Shown: piece after piece, positions 49,362 through 59,382 of the stretch
How positions within the stretch are numbered: the stretch's first letter is position 1
Layout of the letters: each line of letters opens with the position of its first letter
Assembly (NCBI GenBank): GCA_963809545.1
Contig: CAWEKD010000004.1
Coordinates: forward strand, 120,971-184,970
Reading direction: 5' to 3'
DNA from: an uncultured Actinomycetota bacterium
Lineage (GTDB): Bacteria; Actinomycetota; Actinomycetes; Mycobacteriales; Micromonosporaceae
Length of the DNA stretch: 64,000 bases
Notes under the pieces: model-generated
Database searches by the model: none
Seen by the model: the letters and a program-made list of their open reading frames with translations, nothing else
Told to the model about the DNA's origin: nothing
Translations under genes and position numbers: made by a program

Positions 49362-52010
49362 ATGACCACCGTGGTGCAGGAGCAGCCTCCGACGATCCAT
49401 GCGCTGACCGCTGATGGGGACATCGTCACCATCCGGCCGGTCTCCGAGCAGGACGCCGATGCCATCAACGCGTTGTTCGCGCGGGCCTCCGGCGCCAACC
49501 TGCGGCTACGGTTCTTCGTCAACCCCGCCGGCCCGCTGCTGTCGGCGGAGGTCCAGCGGTTGGCCCAGTCACCGTCGCCGACCGAGGTGACACTGGGGGC
49601 GGAGCTGGCCGGGCAGCTGGTGGGGGTGGCTTCCTACGCCCGCGCCCATCCCGCCGACGCCCGCGCCGAGTTCGCCCTGTTCGTCGACGACGCCCAGCAG
49701 GGACGGGGCATCGGCACCCTGCTGTTGGAGCACCTGACCCGATACGCCCGCAGCCAAGGCATCCGCCAGCTGTACGGGGAGGTGCTCGAAGCCAACGCCC
49801 GCATGATGCGACTCGCCACCGACCTCGCCCCCGGCGCCACCCTCCAGCACCGGGACGGGATCGTGGAGGTCACCCTGCCGACCGAGGCGGACGAGACCGC
49901 GCTGGCCGCCGCCGAGGCCCGCGACCGGGCCGCGGGCCGCGCCTCGCTGCGACCGCTGCTACAGCCGGCCTCGGTGGCGGTGGTAGGGGCCGGCCGCCGG
50001 GGCGGGGTCGGTCATGAGGTGCTCAAAGGTCTGGTGCGGTACGGATTCCACGGCCCGGTCTACCCGATCAACCCGCACGCCACCGCGGTGGCCGGGGTGC
50101 CGGCCTACCCGTCCCTCCGGGGCGTCCCGGGCCGGGTGGAGCTGGCGGTGATCGCGGTCCCGGCGGACCAGGTCCTGGGGGTGATGAACGACGCCGCCGC
50201 GGTCGGCGTCCGCGCCGCGGTGGTGCTCACCGCGGGGTTCGCCGAGACCGGACACGCCGGCCAGGCCACCCAGGCCGAGCTGCTGCACACCGCCCGCCGG
50301 CACGGCATCCGGCTGGTCGGACCGAACTGCCTCGGGGTGATCAACACGGATCCGCAGATCCGACTGGACGCCAGCTTCCTGCCCACCCCGCCCGCCACCG
50401 GGGGCCTGGCGGTGGCCTCCCAATCCGGGGCGGTCGGGATCGCGATGCTGGACCACCTCAGCCGGACCGGGACCGGGGTGTCCAGCTTCGTCTCGTTGGG
50501 CAACAAAGCCGACGTCAGCGGTAATGACCTGATCGCGTACTGGTACGACGACCCGGACACCCGGGCCGTGGCGCTGTATCTGGAGTCGTTCGGCAACCCC
50601 CGTAAGTTCGCCCGGGTGGCCCGGGCGTTGGCGCGGCGCAAACCAGTCCTGGCGGTCTTCTCTGGACGCTCGGAGTCCGGACGGCGGGCCGGCGCCTCCC
50701 ACACCGCCGCGGCCGCCGCCCCGTACGTGGCGGTGGACACGCTGTTCGCCCAGGCCGGGGTGGTGCGAGTGGACAACCTCGGGGAGCTGGTGGACGCGTC
50801 CCGGATGCTGACGGGCCAGCCGCTGCCCGCGGGGTCGCGGCTGGGGGTGGTCAGCAACGCCGGTGGGGCGAACATTCTGGCCGCCGACGCCGCCGAGCTG
50901 CACGGGCTGCGGTTGCCGGACCGGGTGGGTGGGTTGGCCAACCCCCTGGACCTGGGCGCCGGCGCCACCCCGGATGCGCTGGGGCAGGCGCTGGCTACGA
51001 TGGCGAGCACCAACGAGGTCGACACCCTGCTGGTGATCGTGGCGGCCACCCGGGCCAACGATCCGGCCGCGTTGTGGCGGTCAGCCGGGGCGGTCGTGGA
51101 CCGGTATCCACAACTGCCGATGGCGGGGGTGATGCTCGGCGGGCCGGAAGTGACGTCGATGGGGGGACGGCAGGCGCCGGTGTTTCTGTTCCCGGAACAG
51201 GCGGTGCGGGCCATCGGACAGGCCGCCGCCTACGCCGCCTGGCGGCGGCAACCGCTAGGCTCCCGGCCTCAGCTCACCGGAGTGGACACCGCCGCCGCCC
51301 AGCAGCGGGTGCAGGCGGCGTTGGCCGCCCACACGGGATGGCAGCCGTACGAGCGGACCCGGGACATCCTGGGCGCCTACGGGATCCCGCTGGTACCGGC
51401 CCGCACGGTCACCGCGCCGGAGCAGGCGGTCACCGCGGCCGACCAGCTCGGATACCCGGTCGTGCTCAAGGCCGCCGACCCGGAATTGGTGCACAAGACC
51501 GAACTCGGGGCGGTCAAACTGAAACTGGCCGACGCGGGGGCGGTCACTCGGGCGTACCGGGAGATCGCGGAGGCGCTGCAGCAGCCGACCCCGCCGGTGC
51601 TGGTGCAGCCGATGGCCGCCGGCGAGGTGGAGCTGGTGACCGGGATCGTCCACGACCCGCTGTTCGGGTCGCTGGTCATGCTGGGCCTCGGCGGGATCTT
51701 CACCGATCTGCTGGGGGATCGGGCGTTCCGGCTGGTGCCCATGACCGACTTGGACGCGGGCCGCATGTGGCGGTCGCTGCGCAGCGCCCCGCTGCTGACC
51801 GGCTACCGCAACCGCCCGGCGGTCGACACCGACGCGCTGGAGGACCTGCTGCTGCGGCTCGGCCGGCTGGCGGAGGAGCTGCCGGAGGTGGCGGAGCTGG
51901 ACCTCAACCCGGTGCTGGCGGGCCCGGACGGGGTGGTGGCGGTGGACGCGAAGCTGCGGCTGGCCCCGACCGGGCCGGAGCCGGAACCGGTTCCGGGTCG
52001 GCTGCGCTGA
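49362..52010 (+). CDS. Protein lysine acetyltransferase Pat-like: N-terminal GNAT fused to NDP-forming acyl-CoA synthetase-like domains
   Basis: ATG at 49362 (AAGGTGG SD). GNAT Q/RxxGxG/A block [14 protein letters not shown], CoA-binding [19 protein letters not shown]-grasp C-terminus. Domain order as in Streptomyces PatA. Confidence 0.82.
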   Translation: MTTVVQEQPPTIHALTADGDIVTIRPVSEQDADAINALFARASGANLRLRFFVNPAGPLLSAEVQRLAQSPSPTEVTLGAELAGQLVGVASYARAHPADARAEFALFVDDAQQGRGIGTLLLEHLTRYARSQGIRQLYGEVLEANARMMRLATDLAPGATLQHRDGIVEVTLPTEADETALAAAEARDRAAGRASLRPLLQPASVAVVGAGRRGGVGHEVLKGLVRYGFHGPVYPINPHATAVAGVPAYPSLRGVPGRVELAVIAVPADQVLGVMNDAAAVGVRAAVVLTAGFAETGHAGQATQAELLHTARRHGIRLVGPNCLGVINTDPQIRLDASFLPTPPATGGLAVASQSGAVGIAMLDHLSRTGTGVSSFVSLGNKADVSGNDLIAYWYDDPDTRAVALYLESFGNPRKFARVARALARRKPVLAVFSGRSESGRRAGASHTAAAAAPYVAVDTLFAQAGVVRVDNLGELVDASRMLTGQPLPAGSRLGVVSNAGGANILAADAAELHGLRLPDRVGGLANPLDLGAGATPDALGQALATMASTNEVDTLLVIVAATRANDPAALWRSAGAVVDRYPQLPMAGVMLGGPEVTSMGGRQAPVFLFPEQAVRAIGQAAAYAAWRRQPLGSRPQLTGVDTAAAQQRVQAALAAHTGWQPYERTRDILGAYGIPLVPARTVTAPEQAVTAADQLGYPVVLKAADPELVHKTELGAVKLKLADAGAVTRAYREIAEALQQPTPPVLVQPMAAGEVELVTGIVHDPLFGSLVMLGLGGIFTDLLGDRAFRLVPMTDLDAGRMWRSLRSAPLLTGYRNRPAVDTDALEDLLLRLGRLAEELPEVAELDLNPVLAGPDGVVAVDAKLRLAPTGPEPEPVPGRLR

Positions 52011-52041
52011 CGCGCGGGCAGGCCCACCTACCCGGTCACCG

Positions 52042-52064
52042 GCGCTACGCATATCCCCGCACCG
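52042..52064. promoter_or_regulatory. Inverted repeat between the Pat-like gene and the phosphoketolase gene
   Basis: TATCCCCGC-ACCGG-GCGGGGATA (9-bp arms, 5-nt spacer), 44 nt upstream of the xfp ATG. No T tract after it. Confidence 0.3.
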
Positions 52065-52107
52065 GGCGGGGATAGGTATAGCCGGCAACCGACGTGGAAG
52101 GGCTGTG

Positions 52108-54480
52108 ATGTCTACCCTGCCGGCGACCATCGACCCGTTGACCGACGAGGAGCTACGTCGGCTGGACGCGTACTGGCGTGCCGCCAACTATCTCACCGTC
52201 GGCCAGATCTACCTGCTCGCCAATCCGCTGCTGCGGGAACCGCTCCGGCCGGAACACATCAAGCCTCGGCTCCTGGGGCACTGGGGCACGTCGCCGGGAC
52301 TGAACCTGATCTACGCCCACCTCAGCCGGGTGATCGTGGCGCGCGACCTCAACATGATCTTCATTACGGGTCCGGGGCACGGCGGCCCGGCGATCGTGGC
52401 CAACACCTGGCTGGAAGGCACCTACAGCGAGCTGTATCCGTCGGTGAGCCTGGACGAGGCCGGCATGGCGCGTTTGTTCCAGCAGTTCTCGTTCCCGGGC
52501 GGTATCCCCAGCCACGTGGCCGCGGAGATACCTGGATCCATTCACGAGGGCGGCGAGCTGGGGTACTCCCTGGCGCACGCGTTCGGCGCCGCCTACGACA
52601 ACCCGGACCTGATCGTGGCCTGTGTGGTCGGTGACGGGGAGGCCGAGACCGGGCCGCTGGCGGCCAGTTGGCTGTCCAACGCGTTCCTCAACCCGGTCAC
52701 CGACGGCGCGGTGCTGCCGATCCTGCACCTGAACGGCTACAAAATCGCCAACCCCACCGTGCTGGCACGGATCCCGGAGGAGGATCTGCTGGCGATGCTG
52801 CGGGGATACGGCTACCAGCCGTACCTGGTCTCCGGCGACGACCCGGCGCTGGTCCACCCACAGTTGGCGGCCACATTGGACCACTGCGTGGACGAGATCA
52901 CCGCGATTCAGGCCCAGGCCCGCACCGAGGGGCGGGTGCAACGGCCGCGCTGGCCGATGGTGGTGCTGCGTACCCCCAAAGGATGGACCGGGCCGGTGGA
53001 GCGGGAGGGGATGCCGGTGGAGGGCAGCTGGCGTTCCCACCAGGTGCCGCTGGAGCGGGTGCGGCAGGACGCGACACAGCTCGCCGAGCTGGAACGGTGG
53101 CTGCGCAGCTACCGCCCGGAGGAGCTGTTCGACGCCATCGGCGCACCCGTGCCGGAACTGCGCGCGCTGCCGCCGACCGGTCGGCGGCGGATGAGCGCCA
53201 ATCCACACGCCAATGGCGGCGAGCTGCGGCGGGAGCTGGTGCTACCGGATTTCCGGGAGTACGGGGTGGACGTCCACCGCCCGGGCGACCCGCCCGCCCA
53301 GGCCACCCGGGTACTCGGCGCCTGGCTGCGGGACGTGATGGCGCTCAACCCGGACCGGTTCCGGCTGTTCGGCCCGGACGAGGTGGCCTCCAACCGGTTG
53401 GACGCGGTGTTCGAGGTGACCGACCGGGTGTTCCTGCCCCCCACCACCCCGACCGACACCCAGTTGGCCCCGACCGGGCGGGTGATGGAGGTGCTGTCGG
53501 AGCACCTGTGCCAGGGGTGGCTGGAAGGGTATCTGCTCACCGGCCGCCACGGCGTGTTCACCAGCTACGAGGCGTTCATCCACATTGTGGACTCGATGGT
53601 CAACCAGCACGCGAAGTGGCTGAAGGTGAGCAACGAGATCCCCTGGCGGCAGCCGATCTCCTCCCTCAACTACCTCCTGTCCAGTCACGTCTGGCGGCAG
53701 GACCACAACGGGTTCTCCCATCAGGATCCCGGCTTCATCGACCATGTGCTCAACAAGAAGCCGGAGCTGGTGCGGGTCTATCTGCCTCCGGACAGCAACA
53801 CGCTGCTGTACGTGATGGACGAGTGCCTCCGCAGCCGGCAGCGGATCAACGTGGTGGTGGCGGGAAAACAGTCCCAGCCGACCTGGCTGGGGATGGACGA
53901 CGCCGTCCGCCACTGCCAGCGCGGGTTGGGCATCTGGCCCTGGGCCTCCACCGACGACGGTGCCACCCCGGACGTGGTGCTGGCCTGCGCCGGCGACGTC
54001 CCCACCCTGGAGACACTGGCCGCGGCGGACCTGCTGCGACAACGGCTGCCGCAGTTGAAGGTACGGGTCATCAACGTGGTGAACCTGCTGCGGTTGCAGT
54101 CACCGTCGACCCAGCCGGAGGGGTTGTCCGACGCGCTGTTCGATGCGCTGTTCACCACCGACCGTCCGGTGATCTTCGCGTACCACGGTTATCCCTGGTT
54201 GATCCACCGCTTGGCGTACCGCCGCGCCAACCACCACAACTTCCATGTGCGGGGGTACCAGGAGGAGGGCACCACCACGACCCCGTTCGACATGGTGATG
54301 CTGAATAACCTGGACCGGTTTCACCTGGTCATGGATGTGATCGACCGGGTGCCGGGGCTGGGTCAGGACGCGGCCGGGCTGCGGCAGGAGATGGTGGACG
54401 CCCGCCAGGACGCCCGGGACTACACCCGCCGCTACGGGCAGGACACCCCGCAGATCCAGAGTTGGTCGTGGCCAGGGTGA
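52108..54480 (+). CDS. xfp: Xylulose-5-phosphate/fructose-6-phosphate phosphoketolase
   Basis: About 790 aa. [42 protein letters not shown] signatures. ATG at 52108 (GTG at 52105 also in frame). Confidence 0.95.
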   Translation: MSTLPATIDPLTDEELRRLDAYWRAANYLTVGQIYLLANPLLREPLRPEHIKPRLLGHWGTSPGLNLIYAHLSRVIVARDLNMIFITGPGHGGPAIVANTWLEGTYSELYPSVSLDEAGMARLFQQFSFPGGIPSHVAAEIPGSIHEGGELGYSLAHAFGAAYDNPDLIVACVVGDGEAETGPLAASWLSNAFLNPVTDGAVLPILHLNGYKIANPTVLARIPEEDLLAMLRGYGYQPYLVSGDDPALVHPQLAATLDHCVDEITAIQAQARTEGRVQRPRWPMVVLRTPKGWTGPVEREGMPVEGSWRSHQVPLERVRQDATQLAELERWLRSYRPEELFDAIGAPVPELRALPPTGRRRMSANPHANGGELRRELVLPDFREYGVDVHRPGDPPAQATRVLGAWLRDVMALNPDRFRLFGPDEVASNRLDAVFEVTDRVFLPPTTPTDTQLAPTGRVMEVLSEHLCQGWLEGYLLTGRHGVFTSYEAFIHIVDSMVNQHAKWLKVSNEIPWRQPISSLNYLLSSHVWRQDHNGFSHQDPGFIDHVLNKKPELVRVYLPPDSNTLLYVMDECLRSRQRINVVVAGKQSQPTWLGMDDAVRHCQRGLGIWPWASTDDGATPDVVLACAGDVPTLETLAAADLLRQRLPQLKVRVINVVNLLRLQSPSTQPEGLSDALFDALFTTDRPVIFAYHGYPWLIHRLAYRRANHHNFHVRGYQEEGTTTTPFDMVMLNNLDRFHLVMDVIDRVPGLGQDAAGLRQEMVDARQDARDYTRRYGQDTPQIQSWSWPG

Positions 54481-54505
54481 CCGGCGCAGGACCAGGAGGT
54501 AGGCG

Positions 54506-55495
54506 ATGACGACCGGACCCGGTGACCGCACCCAGGTGGCGGCCCTGCGCACCGCCGCACAGGCGGCCAGTCAGGCGCCCTCGGTGCACAACACCCAACC
54601 GTGGCGATGGCGGTTGGGACCGGAACAACTGGAGTTGTTCGCCGAACGGGAGCGCCAGCTGAAGATCGCCGACCCCGCCGGTCGGCTGCTGACGATCAGT
54701 TGTGGGGCGGCGCTGCACCACACCCTGGTGACGCTCGCCGCCGCCGGCTGGGTGACCCGGGTGTCCCGGTTGCCCGACGATGACCCCGACCATCTCGCCA
54801 CGGTCCGGCTCGACGCCCGCGGGCCGGCCGACCCGCACGCCCAGCAACTGGCGGAGGCGATCCCGAAGCGCCGCACCGACCGACGCTCCCCCAGCGCCCA
54901 GCCGGTGCCGGCGCAGGTGCTGGCGGAGCTGCGCGCCGACTGTGAAGCCCAGCAGATCCATCTGCATCTCCTGCCTCCGGAGCAGGTCGCTGACCTCGCG
55001 GCGGCCGCGGAGCGGGCCAACGAGCAGAGCACGGCCAACCCCGCCGCCCACCAGGAGCTGCGCTACTGGATCGAGGGTCCCCACCCGCCCGGCACCGGGA
55101 TGCCGCCGGCCGTCCTGCCGGACCAGCCCGGGCATACCCGGGTGCCGACGCGCGAGTTCGGGCTGCCGGGCACCCTCCCCTTACGGAACGGTGGGGACCG
55201 GGCCGCCACGTACGCGGTGTTCTTTGGGGAGCATGACACCGCCGAGGCGTGGCTGCGCGCCGGAGAGGCGCTGTCGGCCACCTGGTTGGCCGCCACCCGG
55301 CACGGACTGGCCCTGTTGCCGTTCAGCGGCGTCATGGAGGTACCGGTCACCCGGATCTTCCTCACCAAGCTGCTGTCCGGCATCGGCTACCCCTACCTGG
55401 TGGCGCGTCTTGCTTACCCGGATCCGCACCAGCCGGCGCCTCCCCGGACCCCTCGGCTCGCGCCCACGGAGACGATCCAGGAGGAGGGTGGGTGA
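54506..55495 (+). CDS. Acg-family FMN-binding nitroreductase-like protein
   Basis: 329 aa, AASQAPSVHNTQPWRWRL...ADPAGRLLTISCGAALHH. Resembles Rv2032/Acg-type proteins. GGAGG SD. Confidence 0.8.
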   Translation: MTTGPGDRTQVAALRTAAQAASQAPSVHNTQPWRWRLGPEQLELFAERERQLKIADPAGRLLTISCGAALHHTLVTLAAAGWVTRVSRLPDDDPDHLATVRLDARGPADPHAQQLAEAIPKRRTDRRSPSAQPVPAQVLAELRADCEAQQIHLHLLPPEQVADLAAAAERANEQSTANPAAHQELRYWIEGPHPPGTGMPPAVLPDQPGHTRVPTREFGLPGTLPLRNGGDRAATYAVFFGEHDTAEAWLRAGEALSATWLAATRHGLALLPFSGVMEVPVTRIFLTKLLSGIGYPYLVARLAYPDPHQPAPPRTPRLAPTETIQEEGG

Positions 55496-56388
55496 TGAGC
55501 CCGGAGGCCCAGGCGCCGGTGGTGGTGGGGGTGGACGGTTCCTCCTCCTCCCACGCGGCGATCGATCTGGCGGCCCGGCAGGCCCGCCTGCACCACCGCC
55601 CCTTGCGGGTGGTGCACGCGTTCGAGTGGCCGTTGACCGGGGTCTACCTGGGACCGTCCCCGGAGGGGCCGGAGGAGGGCGGGCTGGCCGCCGACGCGGA
55701 GCGCATCCTGGCCGACGGGGTGTCCCGAGCCCGACAGGTCGGTGGCGAGGAGCTACCGGTCGACGGGGAAGTGATCACCGGCGCCACCGTGCCGGTGCTG
55801 CTGCGCCAATCGGCCCGGGCCAGCCAGCTGGTGATCGGAAATCGAGGCCTCGGGGGCTTCGCCGGACTGCTGCTGGGTTCGGTGGCGATGCAGCTGACCG
55901 CGCACGCCCCGGTGCCGGTACTGGTCGCTCGAGGACAGGTGGCGGCGGACGGGCCGGTGGTGGTCGGGGTGGACGGCTCGTCCCACTCGCGGCGGGCGTT
56001 GGCGGCGGCGTTCGTGGAGGCCGCGGTCCGGCAGACCACGCTGCTGGCGGTGTCCGCATGGTACGGGCGACCGGCTCTCGACACCCAGGACAAGCTTCCG
56101 CTGGTGTACGACGCGGAGGACGTGTCCCGGGTGGTCGCACAGCAGCTGGCGGACGTCCTGGCGCCGGTCCGCGCCCAGCATCCGGACGTGCCGGTCCGGT
56201 CGGAGGTCCGGCGGGCCCGGCCGGCCAAAGCGCTCCTGGAGGTCGCCACCGGGGCGCAGCTGCTGGTGGTGGGGGCCCGGGGACGGGGCGGATTCACCGG
56301 GCTGCTGCTCGGATCGGTCAGCCAGTCGATGCTGTCGCACTCTCCCTGCCCGGTGCTGGTCACCCGGAAGGCGTCGGGCACTGACTGA
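55495..56388 (+). CDS. Tandem-domain universal stress protein
   Basis: ORF trimmed to ATG at 55495 (GTGATGA overlap with the acg stop). Two USP repeats: VVVGVDGSSSSHAA...GNRGLGGFAGLLLGSV and VVVGVDGSSHSRRA...GARGRGGFTGLLLGSVS. Confidence 0.85.
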   Translation: MSPEAQAPVVVGVDGSSSSHAAIDLAARQARLHHRPLRVVHAFEWPLTGVYLGPSPEGPEEGGLAADAERILADGVSRARQVGGEELPVDGEVITGATVPVLLRQSARASQLVIGNRGLGGFAGLLLGSVAMQLTAHAPVPVLVARGQVAADGPVVVGVDGSSHSRRALAAAFVEAAVRQTTLLAVSAWYGRPALDTQDKLPLVYDAEDVSRVVAQQLADVLAPVRAQHPDVPVRSEVRRARPAKALLEVATGAQLLVVGARGRGGFTGLLLGSVSQSMLSHSPCPVLVTRKASGTD

Positions 56389-56413
56389 CTCCGGGGGATC
56401 GGCTCCGACGAGG

Positions 56414-56454
56414 CGGCCGGTGGGGGCGGGCGGGCCGCCCGCCCCCACCGGCCG
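56414..56454. terminator. Bidirectional GC-rich hairpin between convergent genes
   Basis: 18-bp perfect arms cggccggtgggggcgggc / gcccgcccccaccggccg with a 5-nt loop. Confidence 0.6.
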
Positions 56455-56469
56455 ATCTGGCTGGGAAGA

Positions 56470-58326
56470 TCAGAGCCGGACGATCCGCCCCTCTCCCCCT
56501 TCGGGGTAGTCAGCGGCGCTGACCCGGCCGTCCAGCCCGACGACCAGGTAGTCGGCCAACGCCTGCTGATAGGTCAGGCCGACCGAGGTGAACGGCAATC
56601 CCCGGAACGGGTACTGGTCGCCGCCGCGGGCGCTGAAGTCGTTGGTGGCCACCGAAATCGGTGCCCCCGGCACCACCTGCCCGTCCTGCACGATCACGGT
56701 CCCGTCATCGAGCACCACCTGGCGGATCCGCTCCCCCGGCACCAGCACGGTGCCGTGGTCGTCCACCTGCTGGGCCTGTCGGGTCGGGTCGTAGACGAAC
56801 CGGAATCCGGCCACCTGGGCGAACCGGCCGTCGGCGGCCGGAATGCCGGAGACCGCGTTCTCCAGGATCTCCTTGAACTGCTCCCGCGGCACCTCCGGCA
56901 CCACCGCCACGAAGTTGCCGAACGGGGCGATGTCGAACGTGGTCAGCGCGGTCAACTCGCCCGGCGGGATCAGCGAGTTGTTCCGGATACCGCCGCCGTT
57001 CTGCAGCGCCACGTCCGGCGCGGCCACCCCGTACTCGGCGGCCCGCTGCCGTCCGGCGAACAGCAGCGCGTCCGCCATGAGGTTGCCCAGGTTGGTTTCC
57101 TCCGTCCGCACCCCGGGCTCCCGGCGCCCCTCCAGCGCCACCTCGGAGGTGGCCAGCACGGTGGTGGCCAGGTTCTCGGTGTAGGCGATCACCGGGTCGA
57201 CCACGGTGCGCTGCAGGTGCCGGTCCGGAGCGACCGCGTCGGGGGCCACCCCGGACACCCGGACCAGGCCGCTGTCGGGGCCCACACTGAGCACCCGGCC
57301 GTGCCGGTCGAAGTTGACCACGAGCTGCCCCACGTACTTGTAGTCACCGGGGGTGGTGACCACCGGGACGTCGATCCCGGCGGCGTCGGTGACGTACAGC
57401 GGGTAGCGCAGCGGCTGCCCGGTCTCCGGGTCCAGCGAGATCTCGTCCCCGGGCACCAGCGGGGTGTCGTCGGCGGCCAGCAGCTCATCCCCGCCCCCGG
57501 CGATCGCCACATCCACGTTGCGCAGCAGGGGGATCAGGGCCCGGTCCTCGGACAGCCCCTGCAGGTGGCTGATCAGGATGATCTTGTTCACGCCGCGAGC
57601 GGTCAGCCGGTCCACCTCGTCCTGGACCAGCTCCGCCACGTTCTCCAGCACCTTCACGTTGCGTGGGCTGGAGATGCTCGCCAGCGCCGGGGTGGTGGCG
57701 CCGACGATCCCGATCTGCTCTCCCCGCTCGCGGACCACCGTGCTGGCGACGATGGTGCCGTCGGCGGCCAGCGCCGCCAACCGGGGCTCGTCACTGACGT
57801 CCAGGTTGGCGGACAGGAACGGAGGCGCGTTCCGGCCGAATCCCTCGATGAAGTCGGCCAACACGTCCGGTCCGAAGTCGAACTCGTGGTTGCCGATCGC
57901 GATCGCGTCGTAGTCCAGCGACTTCAGCGCCAGCGAGTCGTAGAACGGCACCCCCTTGGTCAGGCTGGCGTTGAACTCCGGCCCGGCCAGGAAGTTGTCG
58001 CCGGAGGAGACCAGCAGCACTCCCCGCCGGCCGGCCGCGCCGGCGGGTGGTTTACCGGTGGTGGCCTCCCGCTTCAGCTGCTGCACCAGGGTGGCGAATC
58101 GCGCTATTCCTCCAAAGTCCGGGTTGTCCGGGGCATGGATCAGCTGGGACTCACCGTCGTTGTGGTGCAGGATGGTCAGGGTGTACGCCGGCCGGTCGGT
58201 TCCCGGGTGCGCCTCGGCCGGGGCCGCCGCCATCGTAGCGGCCACCGCTGCCGCCACCACCGCCGCAGTCACCGACCGCAGTGGGCGCCGGCCCTTCCGT
58301 CTGTTCCATTGTGAGAACACGGTCAT
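56470..58326 (-). CDS. Secreted bifunctional metallophosphatase / 5'-nucleotidase
   Basis: 618 aa. Signal peptide ending AAPAEA-HP, HHNDGESQL, GNHEFD, C-terminal 5'-nucleotidase domain (GGGIRN, NDFSARGGDQY). Confidence 0.85.
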   Translation of the reverse strand: MTVFSQWNRRKGRRPLRSVTAAVVAAAVAATMAAAPAEAHPGTDRPAYTLTILHHNDGESQLIHAPDNPDFGGIARFATLVQQLKREATTGKPPAGAAGRRGVLLVSSGDNFLAGPEFNASLTKGVPFYDSLALKSLDYDAIAIGNHEFDFGPDVLADFIEGFGRNAPPFLSANLDVSDEPRLAALAADGTIVASTVVRERGEQIGIVGATTPALASISSPRNVKVLENVAELVQDEVDRLTARGVNKIILISHLQGLSEDRALIPLLRNVDVAIAGGGDELLAADDTPLVPGDEISLDPETGQPLRYPLYVTDAAGIDVPVVTTPGDYKYVGQLVVNFDRHGRVLSVGPDSGLVRVSGVAPDAVAPDRHLQRTVVDPVIAYTENLATTVLATSEVALEGRREPGVRTEETNLGNLMADALLFAGRQRAAEYGVAAPDVALQNGGGIRNNSLIPPGELTALTTFDIAPFGNFVAVVPEVPREQFKEILENAVSGIPAADGRFAQVAGFRFVYDPTRQAQQVDDHGTVLVPGERIRQVVLDDGTVIVQDGQVVPGAPISVATNDFSARGGDQYPFRGLPFTSVGLTYQQALADYLVVGLDGRVSAADYPEGGEGRIVRL

Positions 58327-58365
58327 GCGCCTCCGCTCCTTGGTAGGTCGCTACCAGTACAGCAG

Positions 58366-58959
58366 CTAACCAGCGGAGGCGGAACCGCCGTCTACCAAGA
58401 AGTGTCCGAGAGGCGACTGTGGAGTGTCACGGTGCCAACCGAGGGCTTCAAACAGCGCACCGGCGGTGACGAGATCCACCGCCCCATTGGCGGTGATCAG
58501 CTGCTGCAGGTCCCGCCGGACCGTCCGGACGCTCACCCCCAGCTCCTCGGCGAGCTGCGCGTACGACCGACCGCCGCTCATCCGGATGATGATCACATGT
58601 TGGCGGCGGGTGGGTGGCTGCCAGTTACGGATTCCGGCGCGTTCCCGTACCAGCTCACGAATCGCGGCCGCGGCGACGTACCCCCACCGCACGCTGGCCG
58701 CGCCCAGGGTGTACCGGGTGCGCGCGGACAGCTTCCGCCGCAGTTCCGCCACGTCGTTTTCGATGGTCCGGAGTGAGAGCTTCAGCTCCCGGGCAATGGT
58801 GTCCTGGGTGGCTCCCGTCAGCAAGCGCCATAGTATCGCCACTTGTCGGGTTGACACTGGACGAGTGTCCGATAAACTCGGCCGGATCTTCTTAGACATT
58901 CGACGTGATGTCAGGTTGTCTGAACCCCCTGACAAGGGTTCTAAAACCTTGGCGCGCAC
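58366..58959 (-). CDS. Transcriptional regulator made of two tandem LuxR/GerE-type HTH domains
   Basis: STRQVAILWRLLTGATQDTIARELKLSLRTIENDVAELRRKL and RRQHVIIIRMSGGRSYAQLAEELGVSVRTVRRDLQQL. Start uncertain (GTG 58959 or ATG 58899). Divergent from the sdpC-like gene. Confidence 0.68.
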   Translation of the reverse strand: MRAKVLEPLSGGSDNLTSRRMSKKIRPSLSDTRPVSTRQVAILWRLLTGATQDTIARELKLSLRTIENDVAELRRKLSARTRYTLGAASVRWGYVAAAAIRELVRERAGIRNWQPPTRRQHVIIIRMSGGRSYAQLAEELGVSVRTVRRDLQQLITANGAVDLVTAGALFEALGWHRDTPQSPLGHFLVDGGSASAG

Positions 58960-59382
58960 CTCAGGAAGTGGATCACCCCCACCGCCATAAAGGCGCTGGA
59001 ATATAGATGCACTTCGCGACCGGGACAGCGCTCATAGACCCCCCTTGGGATCAATCCCCGCGCAACACTCCGCTGTGCGCAGCATACCCGCTGTCGAAGC
59101 CGACGATAAGTCCGGCGACTTATAGAAGTTAACCACTTAAATGATGTGGCCAAATTAGACATAACACTACATCACGCCCATAGGTGGATGAGGTAAGCAA
59201 TCTCCAAAGATCCACCATTGTCCGAATGGCAAGCTCCATGCGGAATTGACTGTCCACTTTCCGTAAATATCAATTGTTCAGCTTGCCATCGGGCAATTAC
59301 GCATTACCATCCGGACACGGTGCCCCAGCCCCATCTGACTGGGACACCTACTTCCCCCAGTGATCCACATAGGAGGGACACC

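Noticed and set aside
52042-52064. Considered whether the inverted repeat upstream of xfp-acg-usp is a DosR/DevR box.
   Set aside because: The mycobacterial DosR consensus has GGGAC...GTCCC half-sites. Here the polarity is CCCC...GGGG with different spacing. It is kept only as an unassigned inverted repeat or possible hairpin.
58941-59162. 73-aa minus-strand ORF upstream of the double LuxR gene.
   Set aside because: It sits in the A/T-rich intergenic region with an Arg/Cys-rich odd composition, no SD and no recognisable motif. It is probably promoter DNA.
59218-59382. TTG-initiated N-terminal extension of the SdpC-like ORF with a zinc-finger-looking CGIDC...CSAC pattern.
   Set aside because: It lies in the A/T-rich spacer with non-coding-like codon composition and has a TTG start without an SD. 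A strong AGGAGGG-ATG followed by a textbook signal peptide begins at 59383.
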